Source of the DNA: Octopus vulgaris
Taxonomy: Eukaryota
DNA: 64,000 nt
NCBI GenBank assembly: GCA_951406725.2
Contig: OX597828.1
Location: 56,482,001 to 56,546,000 of the forward strand
Reading direction: 5' to 3'
The translations under genes were made by a program, and so were the position numbers. The notes under the pieces were generated by a model that made no database searches, was not told the DNA's origin, and was given only the letters and a program-made list of their open reading frames with translations. Below are positions 1 to 11,763 of the stretch, piece by piece (within the stretch, counting starts at the first letter, position 1; each line of letters begins with the position of its first letter).

Positions 1-232
1 GAACCACCCATGTTTCCAGAGGTGAGCTATTCAAACCCCAAAGAATCCCTCTCAACACATGGCTATGATGCTCCCCCACTACTTCTGCTCGTGATCAGAG
101 ATGCACATATCGTCAGCCACTAAGGGACATGCTCAACTGGTTAAGGTCAAACAACTGACAAGCAAATCTGTGGTATTGAGCATATTTGCTGTAGCCCATC
201 TTTTTTGAGCAGAATATTTGCTGTAGCCCATC

Positions 233-284
<52 letters not shown>

Positions 285-471
285 GATGCACATATCGTCA
301 GCCACTAAGGGACATGCTCAACTGGTTAAGGTCAAACAACTGACAAGCAAATCTGTGGTATTGAGAATATTTGCTGTAGCCCATCTTTTTTGAGCAGAAT
401 ATTTGCTGTAGCCCATCTTTTTTTAGCAGAATATTTGCTGTAGCCCATCTTTTTTATTATTATTATTATTA

Positions 472-510
<39 letters not shown>
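1..510. mobile_element. Partial, internally rearranged copy of a ~550-bp non-coding (TAA)n-associated repeat
   Basis: 1-206 aligns by eye with ~49935-50135 and ~52000-52200 (e.g. ACACATGGCTATGATGCTCCCCC.CTACTTCTGC). Five reiterations of ATATTTGCTGTAGCCCATCTTTTTT and two (TTA)n runs. Confidence 0.8.
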
Positions 511-511
<1 letters not shown>

Positions 512-819
512 CGCCAAAGTTAGAGGTATGTGTTTGAAAAGCTGTAAGTTTATGACTAATTCACTAATTCAAAAGGTTCTGTACTGCATTTTGTTGTTTA
601 CATCCTTTTACAAGCCAGCTGCCCTTCTGGAAGGTGGAGTCTGACGTTTGTTAACCAAATCCCCATTTTGTGGGTGAAACAGACCTTTTTGTTTTCAAAT
701 TTTTTCGAAAATTTGCTTCGAAGAAAGTAAGCATTAAAGCTGGTAAAAGAAAGCGAGAATGAGGATGGAAGGTGGTACGGTAATTTGCAGGAAGATTTTA
801 CCGTCTTCCCCAACAGCAC

Positions 820-929
820 AGAAGAAGAAGAAGAAGAAGAAGAAGAAGAAGAAGAAGAAGAAGAAGAAGAAGAAGAAGAAAAAGAAGAAAAAGAAGAAAA
901 AGAAGAAAAAGAAGAAAAAGAAGAAGAAG

Positions 930-959
<30 letters not shown>
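820..959 (+). repeat. (GAA)n microsatellite with GAAAAAGAA variant block
   Basis: Directly visible; explains the poly-E/K/F/L ORFs. Confidence 0.98.
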
Positions 960-960
<1 letters not shown>

Positions 961-1039
961 GAACAGATAAAATATAGAATAGAAGATGAAAAGCAGAAAG
1001 AATATTTAAATATGATCCACCTCCATATTGCATCAATAT

Positions 1040-1375
1040 TATTCCACTGAGGTTGACTTTGTCCTTCATCCTTTCGGGATCGATAAATTAAGTACCAGTT
1101 GCATACTGGGGCCGATCTAATCGATTGGCTTTCTCCCACCAAAATTCCGGGGCTTGTGCCTAGAGTGGAAAAGAAACGATAACCCGCCTGGCAGAGTGAT
1201 TAGCGGTATATTGTCAATGATTTTCTTGTGAGTTCAAATTCCACTGAGTTCAACTTTGCTTCAATCCTTTCAAGGTTGATGCAATAAGCGCCAGTCAATT
1301 ACTGGAGGGTAAGGAAATGGACTTACATCGTCTCTCAGAATTTGAAACCTTGGGCCCATAGTATACACAATTATT
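1040..1375 (+). mobile_element. Two adjacent decayed copies of tRNA-derived SINE family A
   Basis: Match the body of 23039-23439 and 63696-63897 (GAGTTCAAATTCC B-box-like, CTTTCATCCTTTCGGG, AAGTACCAGTT). Confidence 0.75.
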
Positions 1376-1720
1376 ATTATCCCCCAAATAGAACTGATTC
1401 ATTTTATTGCTGTTTTCTCTAGTAATTGTTGATTATTAAGCACAATAGACATATTTTCTCATACCAATTACAGGAAAAATGCAATATATCTAATGTCTTC
1501 GACAGTATTTATGATGTATCTGAGACGTATGCTTCACCCGATAAAGCAATGGATAGAAGGAATATTCTGATAAGGATTTTTATGACATTTTTATCTTTGG
1601 AATAGTTGGATGCTTAAATATTATTGTTCTTTCACTCTCTTGTCCGAGACGTATGAGTGTGCGTTTATGTATCTATCTATTTATGTATGTATCTATCTAT
1701 CTTTCTCTTTCCATCTCTTG

Positions 1721-1761
<41 letters not shown>

Positions 1762-1763
<2 letters not shown>

Positions 1764-2705
1764 TATCAAGTTAGAGGAGTTTAATACCTCTAAGGGATAA
1801 TTAAATCCAGAGTCGCTCATGGCTATTAGCTGGGTAAGTTGAGAATATTTTGTTTAGCTGTAAGTATAGCTAGGCGTCCTGATAGGCAGAGATAGCAGCA
1901 TCTCCTTCCTACAACACCGCAAGTAGACGGTGCGATTATTTTGTCCCCACGTTGACTAGTATGTATTTTCGAAATACCGGTAGAATAGGCTCTATTGTCC
2001 TCTTGCAGCCTTCTATGCCTTCATAATCCCAAAAGTAGAATACTCATCTATGTAAGTCTAATTAACAGAGTAACACATGAAACACACGAATAGTCACCCT
2101 GCATACCCACTCGCCCCATTATTCTATAATAATACACTTTCAAATATTTAGAGCTCCATCTAGCATTAAGAAATTCCTAAACTCTAGTAATAAGACAATT
2201 ATTAGAGGTAACATATTTTCAAACCACCCAATATTTGGTAAGAGTTAGCTCCCTTTTCACCCTGCTAGGATTACCCCTCTTCACTTACATCACCGATGTC
2301 AAAATCTTCAATACAAGACAAACATGTGAGAAAAAATATGCTTAATCAAACGAGGTAGCCTGCACCTAAATAATACTCATCCAGCATTAATTACCCAACA
2401 AAACTAACTAATCTACCACAAGCAAACCGCCACCCAGCGAATTTACCAGTGCAAGAACAAAGTTTCAATGTAAGAATTACCAATTTGTTTACATTACCGT
2501 CACATATGTATCAATCATAATCACATCCTAACCGATGCATCTAACTATACTCGCATTCTGAAGAGATTTACTTACTCCAGTAGATCGAAACGATCGTAAA
2601 TGCCACCCTCATCTCTGCTTCTTACTTCCTTGTTACCTATTTAATTAGGGACATGCCAGCATAAACCATGAGTTTCCTATTGTTATTATATCCATTTTCT
2701 TCTCT

Positions 2706-2708
<3 letters not shown>
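1762..2708 (+). mobile_element. Non-coding insert between (TA)n tracts carrying a hammerhead ribozyme; probable Penelope-like or retrozyme-like fragment
   Basis: Bounded by (TA)n at 1723-1761 and 2709-2802. Hammerhead ~105 nt before the 3' (TA)n, the same layout as the Penelope 3' ends in this window. No recognisable ORF. Confidence 0.55.
2553..2603 (+). ncRNA. Type I hammerhead ribozyme (canonical core)
   Basis: Stem I GCATT/AATGC; CTGAAGA; stem II GATTTAC/GTAGATC with 8-nt loop; GAAA; palindromic stem III ACGATCGT; GUA cleavage triplet (after 2598). Confidence 0.85.
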
Positions 2709-2802
<94 letters not shown>

Positions 2803-2804
<2 letters not shown>

Positions 2805-2930
2805 TTCCCACCACATGATTCCGGGTTCAGACGCACTGCGTGGAAATTTAAGCATCTTCTACTATAGCATCGCGCGCCGACCAAAGCCTGGTGAGTAGAC
2901 ATGGTAGACAGAAACTGAAAGTCACCCATC
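2803..2930 (+). mobile_element. SINE family B fragment
   Basis: Matches 15970-16100 (CACTGCGTGG...TCTTCTACT.TAG...GCCGACCAAAGCC). Confidence 0.7.
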
Positions 2931-2968
2931 TTATATATATATATATATATATATATATTTTTATATAT

Positions 2969-3010
<42 letters not shown>

Positions 3011-3025
3011 ATTTCAGTAGGGAGT

Positions 3026-3567
3026 AAATAATTCAGAAGAAAATATTTGCGAAGATATTATTGATTGTATTATTATCTAGTGCGGCAATTAAAAAGGACC
3101 ATAACAGCAATAATAATATAGGCGATTGTAATTCCCCAAAAAGTATTGAATAGCAGAGGGATTCAAATTAATCAAGCGATATACTAAGGAAATCTGTCTG
3201 CTGGAAAGAACAGACACAACTCTTATCTCCGAAAATACACTGAAAATAACCCCAAAAACGGGCTAACACAATTTCTCAGCATGCATCCAAGTATTTAGAC
3301 TCACGTGGACTGGTTTCTGGACTGGCATTATAGCCTCACTACCTCAGCACGCGCTACCATGATGGAGAGCCCCAACCTGTCACGTTGAAGCCTGCGCTGC
3401 AACTAATTCGTTTTGCGCCGAAACATGGCAGCCAATAGTGTGATAATGATTTGAAAAAGGAACAAATAATTCAGGAGAAAATATTTAAGAAGATATTATT
3501 GACTCTCTTATTGTCTAGTGTCACAATTAAAAATGATAATAGCAGATCAATAATATAGGTGATTGTA
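3026..3567 (+). repeat. ~105-bp imperfect direct repeat (3026-3130 and 3464-3567)
   Basis: AAATAATTCAG.AGAAAATATTT..GAAGATATTATTGA...ATAATATAGG.GATTGTA at both positions. Confidence 0.8.
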
Positions 3568-3589
3568 GGCGATTTAAATATTCTTCGTA

Positions 3590-3725
3590 AGATAGCGGTT
3601 CGGCAAAAGAAATCGATTGAATAAATGCAAGGTTTAGAAAGAATAAGTCCTGATGGCAATTTGTCCGACTAAAACCCCTGAAGGTGGTACCCCAGCACGG
3701 CCACAACATTATTGAAACAAATTTA
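3590..3725 (+). mobile_element. SINE family B 3' fragment
   Basis: TAGCGGTTCGGCAAAAG...GACTAAA...CCAGCACGGCC matches the 3' part of 15938-16352 and 54170-54355. Confidence 0.6.
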
Positions 3726-4223
3726 AAAATTTTTTTAAATATATATATATACGCGCACAAACGCGCAGGTGCGCACACAAGCACGGGCACACACACCGAA
3801 GGTAAAAAGACAGTGCATGCGAGAGAAAAAGAATAAAGAAAGAAAAGCAGAAAAATGAATGAAGACAGAAAGAATGAAAGGAAGAAAGTAATAAGGGAAG
3901 TAAGATGGGTTACCATGATTTTTGTACTGCATATTGTTCTCACTGCTACAAAACGATAAACCATTTTTGATTTCGTTGAAATCATGTTCTGCTTAACTCC
4001 ATGAACAATTCCTCTCTTCTCATCAAAGTAATACTTTTAATGCCCTGAGACGATAGAAACGTCTTCGCCACCGAGATTCCTAAGTTGTTTCTTGTCACAG
4101 AAAATTTTACTTACCAGTGAAGTTGAAATACTCTCACTTCCACATCTATTATCGGCAATGGGAAGACATAGTATCGTTGCTATTGTTTAGTGCCTGGTTA
4201 TCACTTGAATAGTAGATTTTGTA

Positions 4224-5515
4224 CGAGGGACGATCAATAAGTAAGGCCCCTGACCCACTTGCATTTGTTTGATCTAGCTGAAATTTTGCATGTGAAATTG
4301 TTTTTATCTCTATAGAGTAAGTAGCAAATTACAGCTCTGAACTAATTGTGGTTTCTCATTTACAGGTGTTTGAACTGAGTCAAGTGTGAAATGGAGCCTG
4401 TTGAGTGTCGAGCAGTGATCCGGTTTTTGTATTTGAAAGGACGCACACAACGGGAGACTTTTGATGAAATGAAAGTAACTTATGGTAATGATGCCCCATC
4501 ATATGACCTTGTAAAACGCTGGCATCGTGAATTCAAACATGGTTGGAACTCTGTGGAAACAGCTCCCAGATCTGGCCGCCCCCTTTCTGTCATTGATGAG
4601 GCATCTGTCCGTCAAGTTGAGGCTGCCATTTTGGAAGATCGACGCATAAGTATTCGCCAAATAGCCTATGAGGTCAAGATTAGTACCGGGTCTGTGGAAA
4701 CTATCATTCATAACCATTTTCATATGCAAAAGGTGTCTGCCAGATGGATTCCCAAGTTGCTCACACCTTTCCAGAAGCAAGAACGCGTTGAGTGCTCGAG
4801 GATGAATTTGGAGATGTGCCAAGAAGATGAGTCAACATTTTTCAAAAGACTGATTACACAGGATGAAACCTGGGTCCATCACTATGATCTAGAGACCAAA
4901 GCCCAGTCAATGCAGTGGAAGCACCTTGACTCACCACCTCCAAAGAAGGCAAGGGTGCAGCCCTCCGCTGGTAAGGTCATGCTCACAGTGTTCTAGGACC
5001 AGGACGGAATAGTGATGACAGGTTTCCTGGCAAAGGGTACCACAATTACAGGAGCCTATTATGCTTCACTTTTGAGGAAATTAAGAGAAGCTATTAATAT
5101 CAAGAGGCGGGGCAAGATCAACAAAGGCATCCTCCTCCTGCAGGACAATGCTCCGGTCCACAACTCGCGTGTTGTCAGATCAGAAGCACAGGCGTGCGGC
5201 TATGAACTCCTCCCCCATCCCCCAACTCTCCTGACCTTGCACGCTCTGATTTTCACCTCTTCCTTGCCATGAGGTTGTTTTTGAAAGGAAAGCGTTTCCC
5301 AGATGATACAGCCTTGATTTCTGAAGTCACGTCGTGGTTGGAGGACCAAGCTGGGGTCTTCTACAAAAACGGTCTCCAGAGCTGCATCAAACGATGGGAG
5401 AAATGCGTATCTCTGGGTGGTTCCTATGTAGAAAAAGACTAATAACTGTGCCAAGTTTCGTTGCTCTACTGCTATGGGAAGTGGGTCAGGCGCATTACTT
5501 ATTGAACGCCCCTCG
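4224..5515 (+). mobile_element. Full-length mariner (Tc1/mariner, DD34D) transposon
   Basis: Imperfect ~37-bp TIRs (CGAGGGACGATCAATAAGTAAGGCCCCTGACCCACTT / AAGTGGGTCAGGCGCATTACTTATTGAACGCCCCTCG), TA on both flanks, 1292 bp. Confidence 0.95.
4391..5442 (+). pseudogene. Mariner transposase, disrupted
   Basis: HTH N-terminus, WIPKLL, ITQDETW, LLQDNAPVH and SPDLARSDF motifs. TAG at 4994-4996 (expected Trp) and a 1-bp frameshift near 5222. Confidence 0.93.
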
Positions 5516-8500
5516 TATATCTAGAAATATATACATTCTGAATGTGCCTTCCCAACTCTTTTGAAAAAGGTCACAAAATTTACTGCCTCTCTTCTATAAA
5601 ATGCCTATACTGAAAGTATCGCTAATGTAATAAACCTTTTAAATTTAAAAAAAAGTTTTCACGTTATATGTTTATGTTAATATGTTACGAAAAGTATACA
5701 TTATGTCATTAATTCTTCGTATTCTCTCTTCAGGTAATATTGTACGAAATAAATTGCTATAATAGTTAAGTGGTGTAGAGTTGACAGGTTTTCTACGTTC
5801 AGTGCTATAGTCTTCTCTTTGAAATATTTCTGACATAAATTCGATTTCACGGTTGTATTTTTCCAGGCCGACGAATATTCAAATTCAATCTTTGAGTCCA
5901 TGTATCTAGAAATATACATACTGAGAGACTCCTACAGCGGTTTTCTTGATGTTTGAGTTGTTTACGCACAGGTCGGCTGTAATTACACCTACATATCATC
6001 AAAAGTGTTTGCGTCTTGTTTTACCGTTGATAGTCGTGCTGTTCTTTATTCCAGACATCATTAATGAATGCGTACCTCTAAATTTAAACCATTTAAGCTA
6101 GATTTAATGCATCGCTGGCTGCTTTTAGTAGGAAGTTGAAATAAATACAGACATGCAGCTGCTGAAATTGTGTTCAATTGCATATTATTTGATAATATTA
6201 CACATATGATACTATCCAATTTATTGAATGCTAAGTAGATAGAACTCAGAATATAAAGAATCATAGTTTAGTAGCACAAATGCATTTTGTTCACTACATT
6301 ACTGATACTGTTATTAAGTGGCAACCCGATAAAGATAATGATGCGTAATATCAATTGACATATACAAATTTTCGCATACATTTTTCATTTCACATGTAGA
6401 AAGAGCGAAGTTCTGACGCATTAGAGATTTCAGTGAGGATTTATAAACGGAATAATGACGACGAAGAAAAGAATTATCTTGTGCAATACCACATTGCCAC
6501 AAATTTACCACGGCATAAAACCTCAAGTGAAGTAATCAAGCTATCGATTCTACTATTCAAATGTTTAAATTCTTTTTCTATAGTAAATTCTTTTCTTTTG
6601 TTAACTATCGATTCAACGAGCTGAAAGTTAGGCTCTTGTCCTTTTTTGAATTCTGCAACCAATTTCAGAAATGTCTATATTCGTCAACTGACAACAGAAA
6701 TCGATAGTTTGTGCTTAGTATAAAAAAATGACCCTGTATCAAAAGGTCAACCCACGACCGAATACAAATATCTAAATAAACAACATAAAACAGAAACAAG
6801 ACTTTTAAAGTCACCATGAGTCTTCTTTTTCCCCGTAACTCTAGCCATATATAAACATTTTCTAACATGAAGAATACCGCTCCATAATTTAACATATAGA
6901 AATAAGTCAATATTTTACAAAACCGAATACATGAAGACCTAAATGTTATTTTCGTCATTTCATATCAATTTACAAATGCTATCTCTATTACATACATGCA
7001 CTTTTATCTGATAGCTGAATACCTTCTATTTCGGCAATTAGCAATTTAAGAGTCTCGGGAACACGCATTGAAAATCTTAACTATTTTAAATGCTTAATTT
7101 CTTTAATGCAAAAATTGGTGTTACATAATAGTAACACCAATCTCCTTGTCGCCATCTTCTAGTAAGTGTTCTAAATAAAGAACGCTTGGTATTTCTACTT
7201 CAATGTTTGTTTGTTTGTTTGTTTGTTTGTTTTTGTAAATTTTCTATGTATCTAGTTTGTAAAGAAAAGTAAACGAGATTCTCTGAAGAATAAACAATGT
7301 ACTACCTTGGCAAGCCTATGAAGTGTAAATGGACACTAATTTCAGAGGGGATCCAGTTTCTCCCTCCTTTGAACCCATATCTACAAATCTAACCAAACCT
7401 ACTTAAATCACCAAATTTCACATGCACAAGGTAAGATACATGTTATCACTACATATAAGACATCTGTATAATTAATTCTAAGCTACAGAAATAGTTTAAA
7501 GTTGATTCAAATCTTAAATATGAACCTAAAAAATAATTAACATATAACGAGAAATGAAGAAGAATACAAAGCTACAACGCACCCAGATATTCATTGTACC
7601 AACAGGAGTTATGGACACCTATTTAAAACAAGCAAATATACTTGGAGTGACCATAGATCACACATTGCACCAAAACGCAGGAACAATAACAAATGTATGC
7701 ACTCACTACATTAGAATTATTAAGTATTTCACTAATACCGTTTATAGGCTAATATAGACATGATACAGACGTTTGGCCGGCTCTCTGCGTAATATCTCAA
7801 TCGGAAACAATTTAGCTTTACACAAAACAATAAATTATAAAATGCAGCTCCCTCTAACATAGTGTATTTCCGTTCTCGAAAATCTTGTGGTGGTATTTGT
7901 CACAAAGCCAGAGGTTAAATTTATGCAAAATAGCAATTCTTAAAAAAAAATTTAATACATATATTGAGTTTTTTCTCTCTCACGAAATCAGAATTTAAAT
8001 ATAAATTTCTGAGACAGAATGTTAAAATGAACAGGAAATCTTTATTTCTTCTAATTCACTTAATGCCATTTCTAGTTGCTGGAACACTGAAACTAAATAT
8101 ATACATCTTTTGATCAATTCTAGCCGAGACAACAGAAAATTCATGTCTTCATTTTAATTAACTTAGTAATCACTTCTCTGTTTTTAAAAGACATGATTGA
8201 GGAAGTGAATCAAAAGAAAACAGTTTATTTTTAGATTTCTTTGCTTCATTCGTTTGTGTGAAATCGGTCAGATATGAATATTGGCGATGTAGTTTCAAGA
8301 TTTTGTGTTGGGAACTATTTTCTTGCTAACTTAGTATCATTAGATATAATTTTAGCTTCGAGTTACACATCTTAATCTAGATAGTGATGTTTTTATATGA
8401 GGTTGTTTAAAGTTTTTAAATAAATCTTTTAAACGACTAATCAAGCGTTTCCGATGCGAATTTTAGCATATTGTCGAGAGTTATTTTCAACTAGAAATTT

Positions 8501-9117
8501 GAAATATAAAATAATGAAAATATTTCCTAAATTGGAAGAAGGTATCAAGTGGAGAACTTTCAATAAAATTCAACATTAATAGATACGGTGTATAAGATTC
8601 AAGAAGATTAATCACCAATGCATTAATATGAGAATTTAACTCAAGCCAACTGACTCATGTTTCCGGTGCTTACTCAAGTATCTGAAGCGTCTGGACAACT
8701 TAGATTTGGAAAGCAACCGAAGAAGGCAAATATCCACCAGCTGGTGATGCGACATATTTTTTACTATGTGACCCAGGGCAATGTGTACTGGAGTGCTTTA
8801 TTCAAGAACAGAGCACAACACTTGGTTCTAGAAATATAGCAGTGAAAGCCTAACTCATCAAATCACTTTTTCTCATATTAGAACAGCATTTGGTTCTTTT
8901 AAAGATCAAGCAGGATTTTTATTAGTTACAGACATAAAAAGCCACGTTGAATAATATACATGCGTGTACAATTAGAATCATGCAAATATAAAAACAAAAT
9001 GTTGTTAATGATATGTACGATGATTGGGTATCTGCAGCCGATGATGGATGACAATGTAAAAACAGAGGCTCATGCAAAAATTTTACAGAAATAATTGCTT
9101 TTATTATGGACACTAAT

Positions 9118-9284
9118 CTCATATTTGGGAGCTGGTGTTATCGAATTCATCGACACCCGTACTTGATATTTGCAATATTTATTCCAAAAGGATAAAAGGC
9201 AGAGTGATGTTAGTGCAGTATGAATTCAGGGCGTAAAGAGTCCGATGAAATATCGCAGGCCATTTTCACCAGCGCTCCAGCGAT
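9118..9284 (-). mobile_element. Decayed SINE family A copy, left arm of a 167-bp inverted repeat
   Basis: Reverse complement of 10161-10327 with 12 mismatches and no indels (manual count). Confidence 0.8.
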
Positions 9285-10160
9285 ATTATTCATAACCTAA
9301 TGATGAATTTTTCATAAAAGTTATCTGCAGAAATTTTTTCTCTCGTGACAATTTTTTAAGTCTTTGTCATTTCGTGCCCGAATGCATATGATCATGTTAA
9401 TTATGACTGTATTCACCTATATTTCATTCGACGCAGCTTAGTGTGTCTCAAAGGAATTAATCTCCAATTAATAAATCTTTGCGCACACCAACAAATGAAC
9501 CATTCACTATTCAATTAAAAGAACAGTTCTTAGTTGCAATGTCTGACGGTTCGGTATCTACAGCTGACGGAGTATAACGTCGCAGGAACCCATGGGCTCT
9601 ATTAAGTTGATATCATTCATAGCCCAATTGTATGATCTTCACAGATGTTGTCGGATAGAAGATGTTTACTCTAGAGGCAATATGTGCGGCTAATGTCTTT
9701 ATAGGAAAATGTTACATATTATTGTATGTAGATATATTCTACTCTTTTAAAGCTAAAACATCTAGCAGAAAACATATAAGAAATGTATTGTACAACGGAA
9801 ACAATAAACCAGGTAATCGAGCGTTTTATAGAATGTAAATAGCAGCCTCATATACATTAATTGCCATAATATATCTCTCGGTTTTAAAGGACATCTTTGA
9901 TTTTGGGATCTTGCCTAGAACTGCTTGAACAATAGGTTGATGTTCACTCGAATGTTTTAATGTTTTGCGCCATACATCTGTTTGATCACTAGAGCTAAAG
10001 AACAACAGCAATACTCCCTTATTTCCTTCTCTTCTGGAATAATCTTCGCTTTGATATTGTAACTTTGCACAGTCATACTGAAGTTTATTTAATTCATGAG
10101 CATAATAATTGCTTTTGCTTGATTTTATAATTTCAGAAATAATAAATGTCGTTAGGTGGA

Positions 10161-10327
10161 ATCGCTGGAGCGACGGTGAAAAAGTCCTGCGGTATTTCAT
10201 CGGGCTCTTTACGTCCTGAATTCATACTGCACTAACATCACTCAGCCTTTTATCCTATTGGAATAAATATAGCAAATATCAAGTACGGGTTTCGATGAAT
10301 TCGATAACACCAGTTCCCAAATATGAG
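10161..10327 (+). mobile_element. Decayed SINE family A copy, right arm of the inverted repeat
   Basis: GCGGTATTTCATCGG...TTTACGTCCTGAATTCA...GCCTTTTATCC resembles the SINE A body. Confidence 0.8.
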
Positions 10328-10379
10328 CATGATATCATAAATTTGTTATATGTGCAAAAGGGTCACAAACAGCTGTGCT

Positions 10380-10550
10380 ACCAGCCGAAAACCTTTTCCG
10401 AAGAAATAAGCAAGCTTGTGGAACGCTGGAAGAAGTGCATCGTAAAACAAGAAGGCAAATACAAAAAATGATGCAATTGTATAACCACTTCTTATTTTTT
10501 AATAAATTACCGAAACAACGGTACGCAAAATTTTTGATTCACCCGTGTAT
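10380..10550 (+). mobile_element. Short 3'-end remnant of a mariner element
   Basis: Encodes KLVERWKKCI, the mariner C-terminal motif, followed by a TIR-like end (TTTTGATTCACCCGTGTA). Confidence 0.55.
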
Positions 10551-11597
10551 AACATTAAGATTATTTTCTCAGCAGCAAATTACCACCAGAATTCATTTTC
10601 CACATAACAATGATAAAAAAGCGGCCATGCTCCCCATGTGACCTGAGTATAATTAACATTGCGTAAGAGCTAAAGGAAACCTGCTGCAGGATATTTAGAA
10701 ATTTGATGGATATGACTGCGTGCCAAAGATGTTTGCCATTTGATTTCTTATTTAAATTCATAATGAGTTCCCTAAGCATTATAAGCTTTGTTTCTCGAAG
10801 ATTTTATAAATAGAATTCGGTGGATAGGAACTACAAAAAATATGTTGCATCTGCGGATATAGGTACAGACACACGTGAATATACATGTGTGTGTCCTGTT
10901 TTGTGCTTGTTAAAATAAAAATGGTTTATGTGTTACAGTATTTTTTTCATATCCAGGATTCGCCAAAATATTTACCAAGCTGAAATAAGTATTGTCTTCA
11001 ATATAATCTATTCAAATTTGTCTATGTGTCACCAGATCATGTGCCCAATCCCTTGAAGCTTGTAAACAAATTATATTAAATATACCACAAGGTCACACTG
11101 TACAATGTTCAATGTATCAAATATTATTATTATAGCGTAAAATTTCATGCACAAATTAGGAATTCAAGTCAGATATTAAAACGAATATTGATAGAAAAAA
11201 ATATTAATCCGCGACAGAAGCAGTATTAATACCAGGAGATACTATTCATCTCCACTGAAAAATGGATGTTGCGTTTGATCACAGAATACAGCGATGGTTA
11301 ACATCAGAGAATATCTCAAATAGGTGTTTAGTGCATATAACCATTCTTGTTTACATTGCTAGCGGGAGATGAATCGTTAAATATCGCCACTGTCGAGACA
11401 TTCAAGTCACGTGATTTCAGATGTACTTTGTCTTATTAATGGCAGACGTTCGAACGCTGGATATAGCAACGATGTCCCCGCCACCAAGATATAAACAATT
11501 AGGCACTAGTTTCGTGAGTAGCCAGTGGACTTACTAAAAATTATTATTAGCTAAAGAAACAGCATTAATATCAAGAAGAAATATTTATCCTCATTAA

Positions 11598-11763
11598 GTC
11601 GGTGAGCTGGCCGAATCGTTAGCACGCCGAGAAAAATGCTAAGCGACATTTCGTCCCTCTTTCTGTTCTGTGTTCACATTTTGGGGTCGATAAAATAAGT
11701 ATCAGCCAAGCACTGGGGTCTGTCATACGAAATTGCTGATCTTGAACTAAAATTTGAAAGCAA
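11598..11763 (+). mobile_element. SINE family A copy with internal deletion and degenerate target-site duplication
   Basis: Head GGTGAGCTGGCCGAATCGTTAGCACGCC. Flanked by ATTTATCCTCATT / ATTTATCTCCATT. Confidence 0.75.

Noticed and set aside
176-455. Repeated ~30-nt unit resembling a CRISPR array
   Set aside because: Units are directly tandem with no unique spacers, the context is eukaryotic, and there are no cas genes.
734-1142. Poly-K/E/F/L ORFs
   Set aside because: Translations of the (GAA)n microsatellite. The same applies to the YI, HT, CV, N and I repeat ORFs throughout the window.
7554-7757. ORF faintly like an RLE-LINE C-terminus (IFIVPTGVMD)
   Set aside because: Too little similarity to support a call.
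8640-8830. Minus-strand segment with acceptor- and donor-like sites
   Set aside because: All three frames contain stops; no evidence of transcription.
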